Assembly (NCBI GenBank): GCA_945827805.1
Contig: CALZOU010000001.1
Location: 881 to 64,880 of the forward strand
Origin: an uncultured Lachnospiraceae bacterium
GTDB lineage: Bacteria; Bacillota; Clostridia; Lachnospirales; Lachnospiraceae
Reading direction: 5' to 3'
Length of the DNA: 64,000 nucleotides
This document shows positions 36,537 through 44,526 of this stretch, piece by piece. Position numbers and translations under genes: made by a program. Below the pieces are notes generated by a model. That model was not told the DNA's origin, did no database searches, and worked only from the letters and a program-made list of their open reading frames with translations. Every line of letters starts with the position of its first letter. Position 1 is the first letter of the stretch.

Positions 36537-39230
36537 TTACAGTACATTTTCTTTGCAGGCGGATCCTAAATTGTATTTTTGAAATACAAAAAAAATTGAT
36601 TTTTGTATTGACTTTTGTGGATTCCATCTGTATAATTCATTTTGTTGATTGCGAGAGCAATTGGCAGGAACGTGCAGGAGTGGCGGAATTGGCAGACGCG
36701 CAGGCTTCAGGTGCCTGTGGTCGTTAAGACCGTGTGGGTTCAAGTCCCACCTTCTGCACTCTTTTTTTTGCAGTCCCGTGAGGGGGCTGTTTTTTTGTTG
36801 CCATGCATATGAAAAAAAGGTCCAGTGGACCTTTTTTGAGTGTGGGAACAGGGGAAGCTGCTGGGTCTGATCTTCTTCGGGTTCGGGGGCGGGTTCGTCC
36901 GGTTTTTCAACTGGTTTTTCATCCGCAGAAGGTGTATTTTCTTCACCATTTTCCGGTTCCTCTCCGTTTCCGAACCAGCGGTCCCACCAGCTCTTATGCT
37001 GATCACAGGTGCTGTTTTTCAGGCTGTCGGGTAATACATAGTTTTCATCGGCGGTTCCCTCTGTGCCCTGCTTCAGATAGATTTTCACGGTGATATCCTC
37101 TGTGGGGCAATACTCTCCTGCCTTCTTTCCGGAGGCTGTACAGATGTTTACCGCTTCATGACAGTCACAGTATTTTGTGGGAGCTGTCCCCGGTATATAA
37201 TACTCTCTGGCCGTCATATTTCCCTGCAGAGAGCTGTTACATAACTGGCCTGTGGCACGGTTACCGCATTTTGTACAGATTTCACAGGCCGTAAGGCTCT
37301 CTGTTCCGGAAAATCCCGGATTGCTTAGATTTTCATGGGTACGGCGCATGATATTTTTCCACAGATATTTGACATAATCACTCTCTGTCTGTTCACGGTA
37401 ATCATCGTATCCGCCCCACACGCCACACACATAATATGGCGAGTAACCGACAAACCACAGGTCTTTTTTATCCGTAGTGGTACCGGTCTTTCCTGCCAGG
37501 GACATTCCGTCAAAGTATGCCTTCCGTCCTGTACCGCTCTTTAACACGTCTTCCATGGCCAGCGTCAGAAGAAGGGCATTCTCTTTACTGATCACCTGTC
37601 TGCCCTCCTCAGAAGCCGAAAGAAGCACATTGTTGTCCTGATCCACCACTTCTGTATAAAATATGGGTTTATGGTATTCTCCGCCGGCTGCCAGCGCGCC
37701 GTAGGCTGCGGTCAGCTGGATGTTTGTCACACCGTTATGGGTGCCGCCGAGGGCAAGGGATTCAACCTTGTCATCCACGGTCAGTGTCCTGAAGCCAAAG
37801 TCTTTCAGTGTGTTCCACACTGTATCAACACCCACATCCTGCAGCACCTTTACGGCCGGAATATTCAGGGAATCGGAAATGGCTTCCCTGATCGTGGTCT
37901 GACCGTTATATTTGCCACTGGCATTGCGCACAGTGGTCCCGTCTGAATAGGTGTACGGAGCATCGTCCACCACCGTTCCCAGCGTATATGCCCCAGTCTC
38001 CAGTGCCGCCGCGTACTCTCCGGGAATTTTAAATGTGGATCCCGGCTGTCTCTCGCTGTCTGTAGCTCTGTTGAGCACCAGGCTGGCGGTCTTTTCTCCC
38101 CTTCCTCCCGCAATTGCCCTGACCTGTCCTGTATGGGGATCCATCACAACGACAGAAGCCTGAGCATCGGAAGCATAGTTCTCTTCGTTATTGATCTCCT
38201 CCTCCACAATGGACTGCAGTTCTTTATTTTCACAGGATCGTATTGTCAGGCCACCACGATAGATCATCTGCCAAGCCTCATCCTCCGTGCATTTTTTCTC
38301 CATCTGGAGATCCTCTACGATCTGCAAAAGCAAGGCATCCTCATAGTAGCTCAGCACAGTGCTCTGATCTCTGTTTGCGTTTTGCTCCTGAATACGGTCA
38401 AATACATCGTCATTTTTTGCCTTTTCATATTCTTCCTGCATGATATACCCCTGTTCCAGCATGGCGGACAGTACCAGCAGCTGTCTGTCACGGCATTTTT
38501 CCGGATGTTTCAGAGGGTTGTACCCAGAAGGATTTTTGGTAATACCGGCAAGCACGCTGCATTCCGAGAGCGAAAGTTCCGAAACCTCCTTACCAAAATA
38601 CTGCATGGAAGCGGCCTGGATCCCCCAGCAGCCACTGCCCAGATTGATGGTGTTGAGATAGTTTTCCAGGATCCATTCCTTGGATTCTTTCTGTTCCAGC
38701 CGTACGGCCAGATACTGCTCCTGCAGTTTGCGTGTCATCTTGTCCGCAAAGGTCTGTTCACTGATCCAGGCGGTAAACACATTGTTCTTGAGAAGCTGCT
38801 GGGTGATCGTACTGGCTCCTTCAGAAAAATGGAATCCGTTCAGAACCCCTTTTACCGCCGCCCTGGCAATACCTTTCACATCAATGCCATGATGTGTATA
38901 AAACCGTTCATCCTCAATGGCGATAAAGGCATCCTGCAGCTCCTTTGGCACCCTATCCAGGGTCACGTACACGCGGTTGGCCCCCTCCCCGGCAAGGATA
39001 CGTGTGGTCTTTCCCTGTTCGTCCAGGATCTCTGTACGAAATCCGCTGGGTGTCACATCAAGAGCATCCACATCCGGCGCATTGCAGGCGGCAAACACCA
39101 CCAGACCGATGCCTGTTCCCAGTCCCAGAAACATCAGCAGCAGGATCAGGCGAAGCAGAAGTTTCCCCAGTCCGCTTTTTTTCTTTTTGCGGACTTTGCT
39201 TTTTCTGTTTTTTGTTTTATTTCGAGACAT
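36537..39230 (-). CDS. Class A penicillin-binding protein (PBP1A-type glycosyltransferase/transpeptidase)
   Basis: GT51 motifs (EDERFY.HHGID, GASTITQQL), transpeptidase SxxK-like STFK and KTGT. Start at MSRNKTK behind AAGAGGA. The frame has no stop until 36537, so the last ~103 codons run antisense through the tRNA-Leu repeat. Confidence 0.85.
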   Translation of the reverse strand: MSRNKTKNRKSKVRKKKKSGLGKLLLRLILLLMFLGLGTGIGLVVFAACNAPDVDALDVTPSGFRTEILDEQGKTTRILAGEGANRVYVTLDRVPKELQDAFIAIEDERFYTHHGIDVKGIARAAVKGVLNGFHFSEGASTITQQLLKNNVFTAWISEQTFADKMTRKLQEQYLAVRLEQKESKEWILENYLNTINLGSGCWGIQAASMQYFGKEVSELSLSECSVLAGITKNPSGYNPLKHPEKCRDRQLLVLSAMLEQGYIMQEEYEKAKNDDVFDRIQEQNANRDQSTVLSYYEDALLLQIVEDLQMEKKCTEDEAWQMIYRGGLTIRSCENKELQSIVEEEINNEENYASDAQASVVVMDPHTGQVRAIAGGRGEKTASLVLNRATDSERQPGSTFKIPGEYAAALETGAYTLGTVVDDAPYTYSDGTTVRNASGKYNGQTTIREAISDSLNIPAVKVLQDVGVDTVWNTLKDFGFRTLTVDDKVESLALGGTHNGVTNIQLTAAYGALAAGGEYHKPIFYTEVVDQDNNVLLSASEEGRQVISKENALLLTLAMEDVLKSGTGRKAYFDGMSLAGKTGTTTDKKDLWFVGYSPYYVCGVWGGYDDYREQTESDYVKYLWKNIMRRTHENLSNPGFSGTESLTACEICTKCGNRATGQLCNSSLQGNMTAREYYIPGTAPTKYCDCHEAVNICTASGKKAGEYCPTEDITVKIYLKQGTEGTADENYVLPDSLKNSTCDQHKSWWDRWFGNGEEPENGEENTPSADEKPVEKPDEPAPEPEEDQTQQLPLFPHSKKVHWTFFSYAWQQKNSPLTGLQKKECRRWDLNPHGLNDHRHLKPARLPIPPLLHVPANCSRNQQNELYRWNPQKSIQKSIFFVFQKYNLGSACKENVL
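36608..36636 (+). promoter_or_regulatory. SigA promoter of the right tRNA-Leu
   Basis: TTGACT, 17-nt spacer, TATAAT. Located in the unique spacer DNA. Confidence 0.7.
36669..36846. repeat. Right arm of the perfect 178-bp inverted repeat
   Basis: Identical to the reverse complement of 35463-35640. Weaker similarity continues about 12 nt further out on each side. Confidence 0.9.
36674..36758 (+). tRNA. tRNA-Leu (anticodon CAG), second identical copy
   Basis: Same 85-nt sequence as 35551-35635. Followed by hairpins CAGTCCC/GGGGCTG+T7 and GGTCC/GGACC+T6. Confidence 0.9.
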
Positions 39231-39305
39231 TCTTTTTCCTCTTTTTGCTTTATAACAACAAAAGGCTCCCGCCAAAGTATCCGCCTTGGCAAAAGCCTCT
39301 GTCAC

Positions 39306-39779
39306 CTATTTACAATCCGTTGTATTTTTCAGAGCTGAAATAACCGTCAAACCGGTTCCGACAGCTATAAAGACATCGGCAAGATTAAAAACGATCCGGC
39401 TGAGCTTTTCCTGCCTGCAGGGAATACGAATATAATCATCCACATGCCCCTGACAGACGCGGTCTGTAAGATTCCCCAGACCTCCTGCCAGCAGAAGGCT
39501 CAATGCCGCCTTCTCTGCTTTGCTGCCCTTCTTCTCTGCCTGAAACAGGCGGATGGACAGAACTCCCAGCATCGCGCCCACAGAGATATTGAGAAGCTTC
39601 TGATGTTCTTTGCCAATGCCCATGGCTGCGCCCGGATTCTCCAGTCTGTGAAGCACAGCCTTCCCGCCCAGCACAGGTTTTTCCTCGCCGTCTTTCAGGT
39701 GATGCATCATGTACTTTTTTACTGCTTCATCACCGGCATACAGGGCCAGCACTGCTGACAGCGTCTTTGCTCTGCTCAT
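39306..39779 (-). CDS. lspA: Lipoprotein signal peptidase (SPase II)-like protein
   Basis: GGLGNLTDR and FNLAD blocks carry the two catalytic Asp residues. The N-terminal region is less hydrophobic than in typical LspA. Confidence 0.65.
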   Translation of the reverse strand: MSRAKTLSAVLALYAGDEAVKKYMMHHLKDGEEKPVLGGKAVLHRLENPGAAMGIGKEHQKLLNISVGAMLGVLSIRLFQAEKKGSKAEKAALSLLLAGGLGNLTDRVCQGHVDDYIRIPCRQEKLSRIVFNLADVFIAVGTGLTVISALKNTTDCK

Positions 39780-39781
39780 GC

Positions 39782-40312
39782 TTATTCCTCAGTCTTTGTT
39801 TCTTCGGAATCCGCCTCTTCAGAGGACTCTTCTTCAAAGTCATCTTCTCCGGCTTTTTCCTCTGCCACTTCTTTAGCAGCCTTTACCTCGTCTTCATCGG
39901 CATCAGACGGATTTACTACTTCTCCCTCTGCAAACTCAGCTTCACATACCGGCATCGGCGCTCCGCATTTCATACAGAAAGCCGCATTTGCCGGAACAGA
40001 TGCTCCACATTCCGGGCAGGTGCTTTCTCCGCGATACTGACCGATCTCGTCCTTGCAGGAAGCAACTTCTGCCTTCAGCTCGGTGATGTCCTCGCAAATT
40101 GCTGTCAGTTCAGCATCCAGAGTCTCGCCCTGCTGGTATCTTCTGTAGATCATTTCACCCATTTCTTCGTAATTCTGAGCTATTTCATGATTTGCCGTAT
40201 GGATCTGACTTTTCAGCTTCTGAATTTCTACAAAATTCTCTGTCTTCTTGCCGATCACTTCTGCAGTTTCTCCAAAATTCTTTTTGAGTTTGCTTAAAAC
40301 ATCTTCAAACAT
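39782..40312 (-). CDS. Zinc-ribbon domain protein with N-terminal coiled coil and acidic tail
   Basis: CPECG....N..FC.KCG zinc ribbon, flanked by heptad-like and E/D-rich segments. Confidence 0.6.
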   Translation of the reverse strand: MFEDVLSKLKKNFGETAEVIGKKTENFVEIQKLKSQIHTANHEIAQNYEEMGEMIYRRYQQGETLDAELTAICEDITELKAEVASCKDEIGQYRGESTCPECGASVPANAAFCMKCGAPMPVCEAEFAEGEVVNPSDADEDEVKAAKEVAEEKAGEDDFEEESSEEADSEETKTEE

Positions 40313-40378
40313 ATCATTTCATCCTTTCTTATCATTATGGACAGGTTATTGCTGTTTTATACATAACTGTGTAAAATT

Positions 40379-40405
40379 TGTATCTGTTCAGTACCTTCAC
40401 AGATA
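40379..40405 (-). repeat. Leader palindrome family, copy b
   Basis: Sense strand ATATCTGTGAAGGTACTGAACAGATAC, 66 nt upstream of ATG 40312 and 16 nt after the clpX stop. Confidence 0.8.
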
Positions 40406-40421
40406 TAATTCGAAAATATTG

Positions 40422-41819
40422 TTACTGCTTATTTTCCAGATACATGGTTTCCTGACCGCGCATCAGTATTCTTGGTCCGCCGGTCTTTGTCACATACTCT
40501 TTTGTGATCACAACCTCGCCAATGGAAGAATCCTTTGGAATCTCAAACATGATATCCAGCATAAATTCTTCAATGATAGCCCGAAGCGCTCTTGCCCCTG
40601 TATCTTTCTCAAGAGCTCTCGCCGCGATCTCTCCCAGGGCCTCATCTTCAAATACCAGGTTTACCTCATCCATAGCCAGAAGCTTCTGGTACTGCTTAAC
40701 AATGGCGTTTTTGGGTTTTTTGAGGATCTCCACCAGCATATCCTTTGTCAGTCCCTGGAGGGTAAAGATCACCGGCAGACGTCCCAGAAATTCAGGAATC
40801 ATACCAAATTCCCGCAGATCCTCCACAGCTACTTTATCCAGGATATTCTTATCATTATCGTACTTATCTTTGAGATCAGCATTAAAACCAATGGAGGCCT
40901 GCTTATTCAGCCTGTTTTTCACGATGCCCTCAAGATCCGGAAAAGCGCCGGCGCAGATAAAGAGGATATTTCTGGTGTTGACGGTAGTGAGGGGCACCAT
41001 GGCATTTTTGGAATTGGCACCTACCGGCACCTCCACATCAGCGCCCTCCAGAAGCTTGAGCATTCCCTGCTGTACTGCTTCTCCGCTCACATCTCTCTGA
41101 TTGGTATTTTTCTTTTTGGCGATCTTGTCGATCTCGTCAATAAAGATAATGCCGTGCTCTGCACGCTCCACATCGTTGTCTGCGGCAGCCAGAAGCTTGG
41201 ATACCACGCTCTCAATGTCATCGCCGATATAGCCCGCTTCCGTCAGGGAGGTGGCGTCGGTCAGTGCCAGCGGCACATCCAGGAGTCTGGCCAGAGTCTG
41301 TACCAGATAAGTTTTTCCGCTTCCGGTAGGACCGATCATCAGCATATTGGATTTCTCGATCTCCACACCGTCGGATGTATCCGCGTTAATTCTCTTATAA
41401 TGGTTATATACAGCCACAGATATGGCTTTTTTGGCATGTTCCTGACCGATCACATACTCATCCAGTCCGGCTTTGATCTTATGGGGAGCCGGCAGCTTAC
41501 GAATATCGAAGGCAGCTTTCGGCTCATTCTTTGGTTTTTTCTTTTTAAGCCGCTGTCTTTCGGGTACCTGGTTGGTAACATTGCTAAAGTCCATCATGGG
41601 AAAGCTCTGCATTCCTGCCAGCAGATCATTGTAATTGATGCTGCTGTTGTTCATGGAATCAAAGCTCTTCTGCATGCAGTCTGTGCAGATACAGATATTA
41701 TTTGGCAAAGAGATCATACTTTTTACCTTACTCTCCGGTCTGCGGCAGAGCATACAGACTTTTTCGTATGTATCTTCTTTATTTGTTGTATTCTGATCCT
41801 GTATTTTGTCTTCCGACAT
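40422..41819 (-). CDS. clpX: ATP-dependent Clp protease ATP-binding subunit ClpX
   Basis: N-terminal C4 zinc-binding domain (CMLC...CTDC), Walker A GPTGSGKT, Walker B IIFIDEIDK and the ClpX-specific GRLP/IGF-region segments. Confidence 0.9.
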   Translation of the reverse strand: MSEDKIQDQNTTNKEDTYEKVCMLCRRPESKVKSMISLPNNICICTDCMQKSFDSMNNSSINYNDLLAGMQSFPMMDFSNVTNQVPERQRLKKKKPKNEPKAAFDIRKLPAPHKIKAGLDEYVIGQEHAKKAISVAVYNHYKRINADTSDGVEIEKSNMLMIGPTGSGKTYLVQTLARLLDVPLALTDATSLTEAGYIGDDIESVVSKLLAAADNDVERAEHGIIFIDEIDKIAKKKNTNQRDVSGEAVQQGMLKLLEGADVEVPVGANSKNAMVPLTTVNTRNILFICAGAFPDLEGIVKNRLNKQASIGFNADLKDKYDNDKNILDKVAVEDLREFGMIPEFLGRLPVIFTLQGLTKDMLVEILKKPKNAIVKQYQKLLAMDEVNLVFEDEALGEIAARALEKDTGARALRAIIEEFMLDIMFEIPKDSSIGEVVITKEYVTKTGGPRILMRGQETMYLENKQ

Positions 41820-41930
41820 TTACTGTCCTCCTGCGTTCCCTGGTATCTGTACAGCAAGTGATACGGTCTGTTCTGAACAGTTGTTTCCCGCATCTTTCAG
41901 TGCAGGGTTCAGGGTTCTTTTCTTCGTCTT

Positions 41931-41959
41931 ATGATAGCAAATCCGCTATACTTTGTAAA
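41931..41959 (-). promoter_or_regulatory. SigA-type promoter of clpX
   Basis: Minus-strand TTTACA, 17-nt spacer, TATCAT. The -35 lies between the arms of the 7-bp inverted repeat CGCTATA / TATAGCG (41944-41966). Confidence 0.5.
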
Positions 41960-42004
41960 TATAGCGAATCTTACCAGTTTATAAACAATCTGAGAAAACA
42001 TCTT

Positions 42005-42064
42005 AAAAATATAATGAAAAGAGATGTTGTGTAGGGATGAAACAGAGCCATCCGCACACAACAT
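42005..42064 (-). terminator. Terminator after the HPr-like gene
   Basis: 10-bp arms GATGTTGTGT / ACACAACATC with an inner stem GGGATG/CATCC. On the minus strand a U-rich tract (TCTTTTCATTATATTTTT) follows. Confidence 0.6.
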
Positions 42065-42079
42065 CCCTGTATCAGCACC

Positions 42080-42337
42080 TCACTTCCCCGGGGTGAGCAG
42101 GGCTGTGATGGCTGCGATGGCTTCGTCTTCATCTACACCATCGCAGAAAAGTTCGATTTCGTCTCCGCCTCTTACACATGAGCCAAGCACACTGAGAACG
42201 CTTTTGGCGTTTGCAGTACCGTCTCTGTAGGCGAAGGTTATCAATGATTTGTACTGTACTGCTTTTTTACACACAATACCGGCCAGATCCAGATCCAGTC
42301 CATTTGGGTTGTTGATGACGATTTTTTTGCTTTTCAT
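42080..42337 (-). CDS. HPr-family protein lacking the His15 phosphorylation site (Crh-like)
   Basis: 85 aa. Aligns by eye to HPr, with GIHARPA replaced by GLDLDLA, while the Ser46 region (NAKSVLSVLG) is retained. Starts 12 nt after the cdaR stop. Confidence 0.7.
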   Translation of the reverse strand: MKSKKIVINNPNGLDLDLAGIVCKKAVQYKSLITFAYRDGTANAKSVLSVLGSCVRGGDEIELFCDGVDEDEAIAAITALLTPGK

Positions 42338-42349
42338 TTGTTCTTCCTA

Positions 42350-43687
42350 TCATTCTGCTGCTGTTTTTTTCTGTTCCAGAGATACCAGCTGTACATTGGC
42401 AGTTATCTCGGAAAGCAGCGTAATATTATTTGGCAGGGTAATGGTTACCGGCAGATTATAGGTTCCCTCATCCAGACCACTGCAGTCTATAGACGCTTTG
42501 ATGGAGGCAGCGGTGACATTTTTCAAGTCTTCCTCCTTCCCCCGCACGGTTACGGTCAGGGCTGTATCGGTAAATACAGTCTGCAGCTCTCCGGTCAGAT
42601 TCAGCGCCTGTATGTTCTGGGTGGGAAGGGATATCTGCTTGCTTCCCAGAGGCAGGATCCCCACCTCCACGATAATGGATTCTGCCTGATTGGACACCGT
42701 TTTTGTTCCGCTTGGCAGTATCTCTGCCAGATCGATCTTGCACTCTACCGTTTCTCTGGCATTGCCTATATCTACCAGACGAGACGGGATCTCAATCTGG
42801 TTACCGTTCTTTTTCAGTGTTTCCAGGGCTTCTTCTGTGCCGGCCAGCGATATCTCACTGGGTGTTGTCACGATCTTAGACACTGCATAACCGTTTGCCG
42901 GTGTTCCTTTGGGATCACAGGTAAAGGTGACTCCACTCACTGTACTCCACAATTCCACATAAACATCCACCTTTGAATCGCCGATATCGAAGGTCAGGTA
43001 CTGCATCTCCTTATCCGACATGATCTCCTGATTCTTATCATAAATAATCAGATTTGCTTTTTTGGAGCTGTTGACTGTCATACCTTCTACGCTGACATTT
43101 GCCACCACACGATCAATCTTATCGATGATGGATTCGGGACCGCTGACACTGATTTTCTCCGGATTTGCATAGATCTTTCCGACTTCATAACCGGCACCGG
43201 GAACACTGTCGCCATAGTTTACCGCGATCATGAAATCCTTTGTCTCCCGCTCTTCGATCTCTATGGGTATGGTTATGGGGGAAACCGTAATATTTTCCGC
43301 GGAAATATCTTTGCACTTGACTGTCACCGGGACCATGACCGGTGTGGAATCCATATCCACGATCTGGGTCAGATCCGCTTCCACCACAATATCATCATTG
43401 CGTTTTGTCACCTTGGAGGAATTGCCCCGAAGCGTAACACTGACGGTCTGATAATTGCTGTCCAGCCGGTACGTCATGCCGCGGCTCTCTATATAGGAGC
43501 CATTGGTTATATTTACTTTTACATTACTGTATACCTTTTGAATTATGGGATCATTGATGTTGCCGACCACAAGCCAGATCAAAAAGGCTATGGCTACGGA
43601 TGCCAGTTTCAATGTCCAGTTGTTTTTAAGCCTCTGTTTCAACTCCGTCACGTCCTTTCCGGTTTCTGCGTTTCTTTTCCACAGCAT
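42350..43687 (-). CDS. cdaR: YbbR-domain protein CdaR (regulator of CdaA)
   Basis: N-terminal TM (LKLASVAIAFLIWLVV) followed by four YbbR-like repeats. Lies directly downstream of cdaA. The ATG at 43687 overlaps cdaA by 62 nt, so the true start is uncertain. Confidence 0.8.
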   Translation of the reverse strand: MLWKRNAETGKDVTELKQRLKNNWTLKLASVAIAFLIWLVVGNINDPIIQKVYSNVKVNITNGSYIESRGMTYRLDSNYQTVSVTLRGNSSKVTKRNDDIVVEADLTQIVDMDSTPVMVPVTVKCKDISAENITVSPITIPIEIEERETKDFMIAVNYGDSVPGAGYEVGKIYANPEKISVSGPESIIDKIDRVVANVSVEGMTVNSSKKANLIIYDKNQEIMSDKEMQYLTFDIGDSKVDVYVELWSTVSGVTFTCDPKGTPANGYAVSKIVTTPSEISLAGTEEALETLKKNGNQIEIPSRLVDIGNARETVECKIDLAEILPSGTKTVSNQAESIIVEVGILPLGSKQISLPTQNIQALNLTGELQTVFTDTALTVTVRGKEEDLKNVTAASIKASIDCSGLDEGTYNLPVTITLPNNITLLSEITANVQLVSLEQKKTAAE

Positions 43688-44507
43688 AGCTGTCCGTCTG
43701 GAGTGCCTTCAGCTGTTCCTTCAGCTCCGCCGGTGTCACATTTGTGCGTATCCGGCCTTTCTGAGCATACGACACGTATCCTGTTTCCTCCGATACGATG
43801 ATGGTCAGGGCATCGGATACCTCGCTGATACCTACCGCGGCTCTGTGTCTTGTACCAAGATTCTTATTCAGAGAAAGATTATCCGACAGCGGCAGATAGC
43901 AGGTAGCTGCCTGGATCCTGTCGTTGCGGATCAGCACCGCGCCGTCATGCAGCGGCGTATTATGTTCGAATATATTGATCAGCAGCTGACTGCTGATCAG
44001 AGAGTCTATCTCAATACCTGTCTTTTCGTATTCAGACAGCACAATATCCCGTTCCAATACGATCAGGGCACCCGTTTTGACCGCCCCCATCTCAAAACAT
44101 GCTCGCACCAGTTCTTCAATGGAAGTATCACTGACGCGGACTACACCGTCTTTTTCCCGGTTCAAAACACCGAGCATGGAAAACGTATTTTTTTCGCCCA
44201 GCTGTTCCAGCATCTTTCGAAGCTCCGGCTGAAAAATAACCACCAGTGCAACAAGGATTACTGTACTGACATTTTTAAAAATCCAAAGGATCGTCTCCAT
44301 TCCGGTGATCTGCGCCACCAGCACAACAACACCGATCAGAATGATTCCCTTAAACAGTGTATATGCTCTGGTCTGCTTGATCCACAGGATAAAATAATAT
44401 ACCACCACTGCGATCAGAAGAACCTGTACCAGATCTATGATCCCTACATCCTGCGGCAGGGACAAACCGGTCAGTGCTCTTCTGAGTCCCTGTAAAATCT
44501 GTCTCAC
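43626..44507 (-). CDS. cdaA: Diadenylate cyclase CdaA
   Basis: Three N-terminal TM helices and a DAC domain with GALIV.ERD, LHDGAV and GTRHRAA motifs. Confidence 0.92.
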   Translation of the reverse strand: MRQILQGLRRALTGLSLPQDVGIIDLVQVLLIAVVVYYFILWIKQTRAYTLFKGIILIGVVVLVAQITGMETILWIFKNVSTVILVALVVIFQPELRKMLEQLGEKNTFSMLGVLNREKDGVVRVSDTSIEELVRACFEMGAVKTGALIVLERDIVLSEYEKTGIEIDSLISSQLLINIFEHNTPLHDGAVLIRNDRIQAATCYLPLSDNLSLNKNLGTRHRAAVGISEVSDALTIIVSEETGYVSYAQKGRIRTNVTPAELKEQLKALQTDSYAVEKKRRNRKGRDGVETEA

Positions 44508-44526
44508 GTGTTAACCCCTTTTCAAT

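Noticed and set aside
35450-36859. Integrated mobile element targeting tRNA-Leu
   Set aside because: The duplicated tRNA sequences are inverted, not direct. They include the whole tRNA rather than a 3' attachment core. No integrase, transposase or cargo other than one PAP2 gene is present.
38133-39338. 401-aa plus-strand ORF, plus several 60-130-aa ORFs in 36800-39343
   Set aside because: All are antisense to, or out of frame with, the PBP1A gene, which carries the GT51 and transpeptidase motifs.
40248-41861. 537-aa plus-strand ORF
   Set aside because: It is antisense to clpX, whose AAA+ motifs are unambiguous. I treat it as a shadow ORF.
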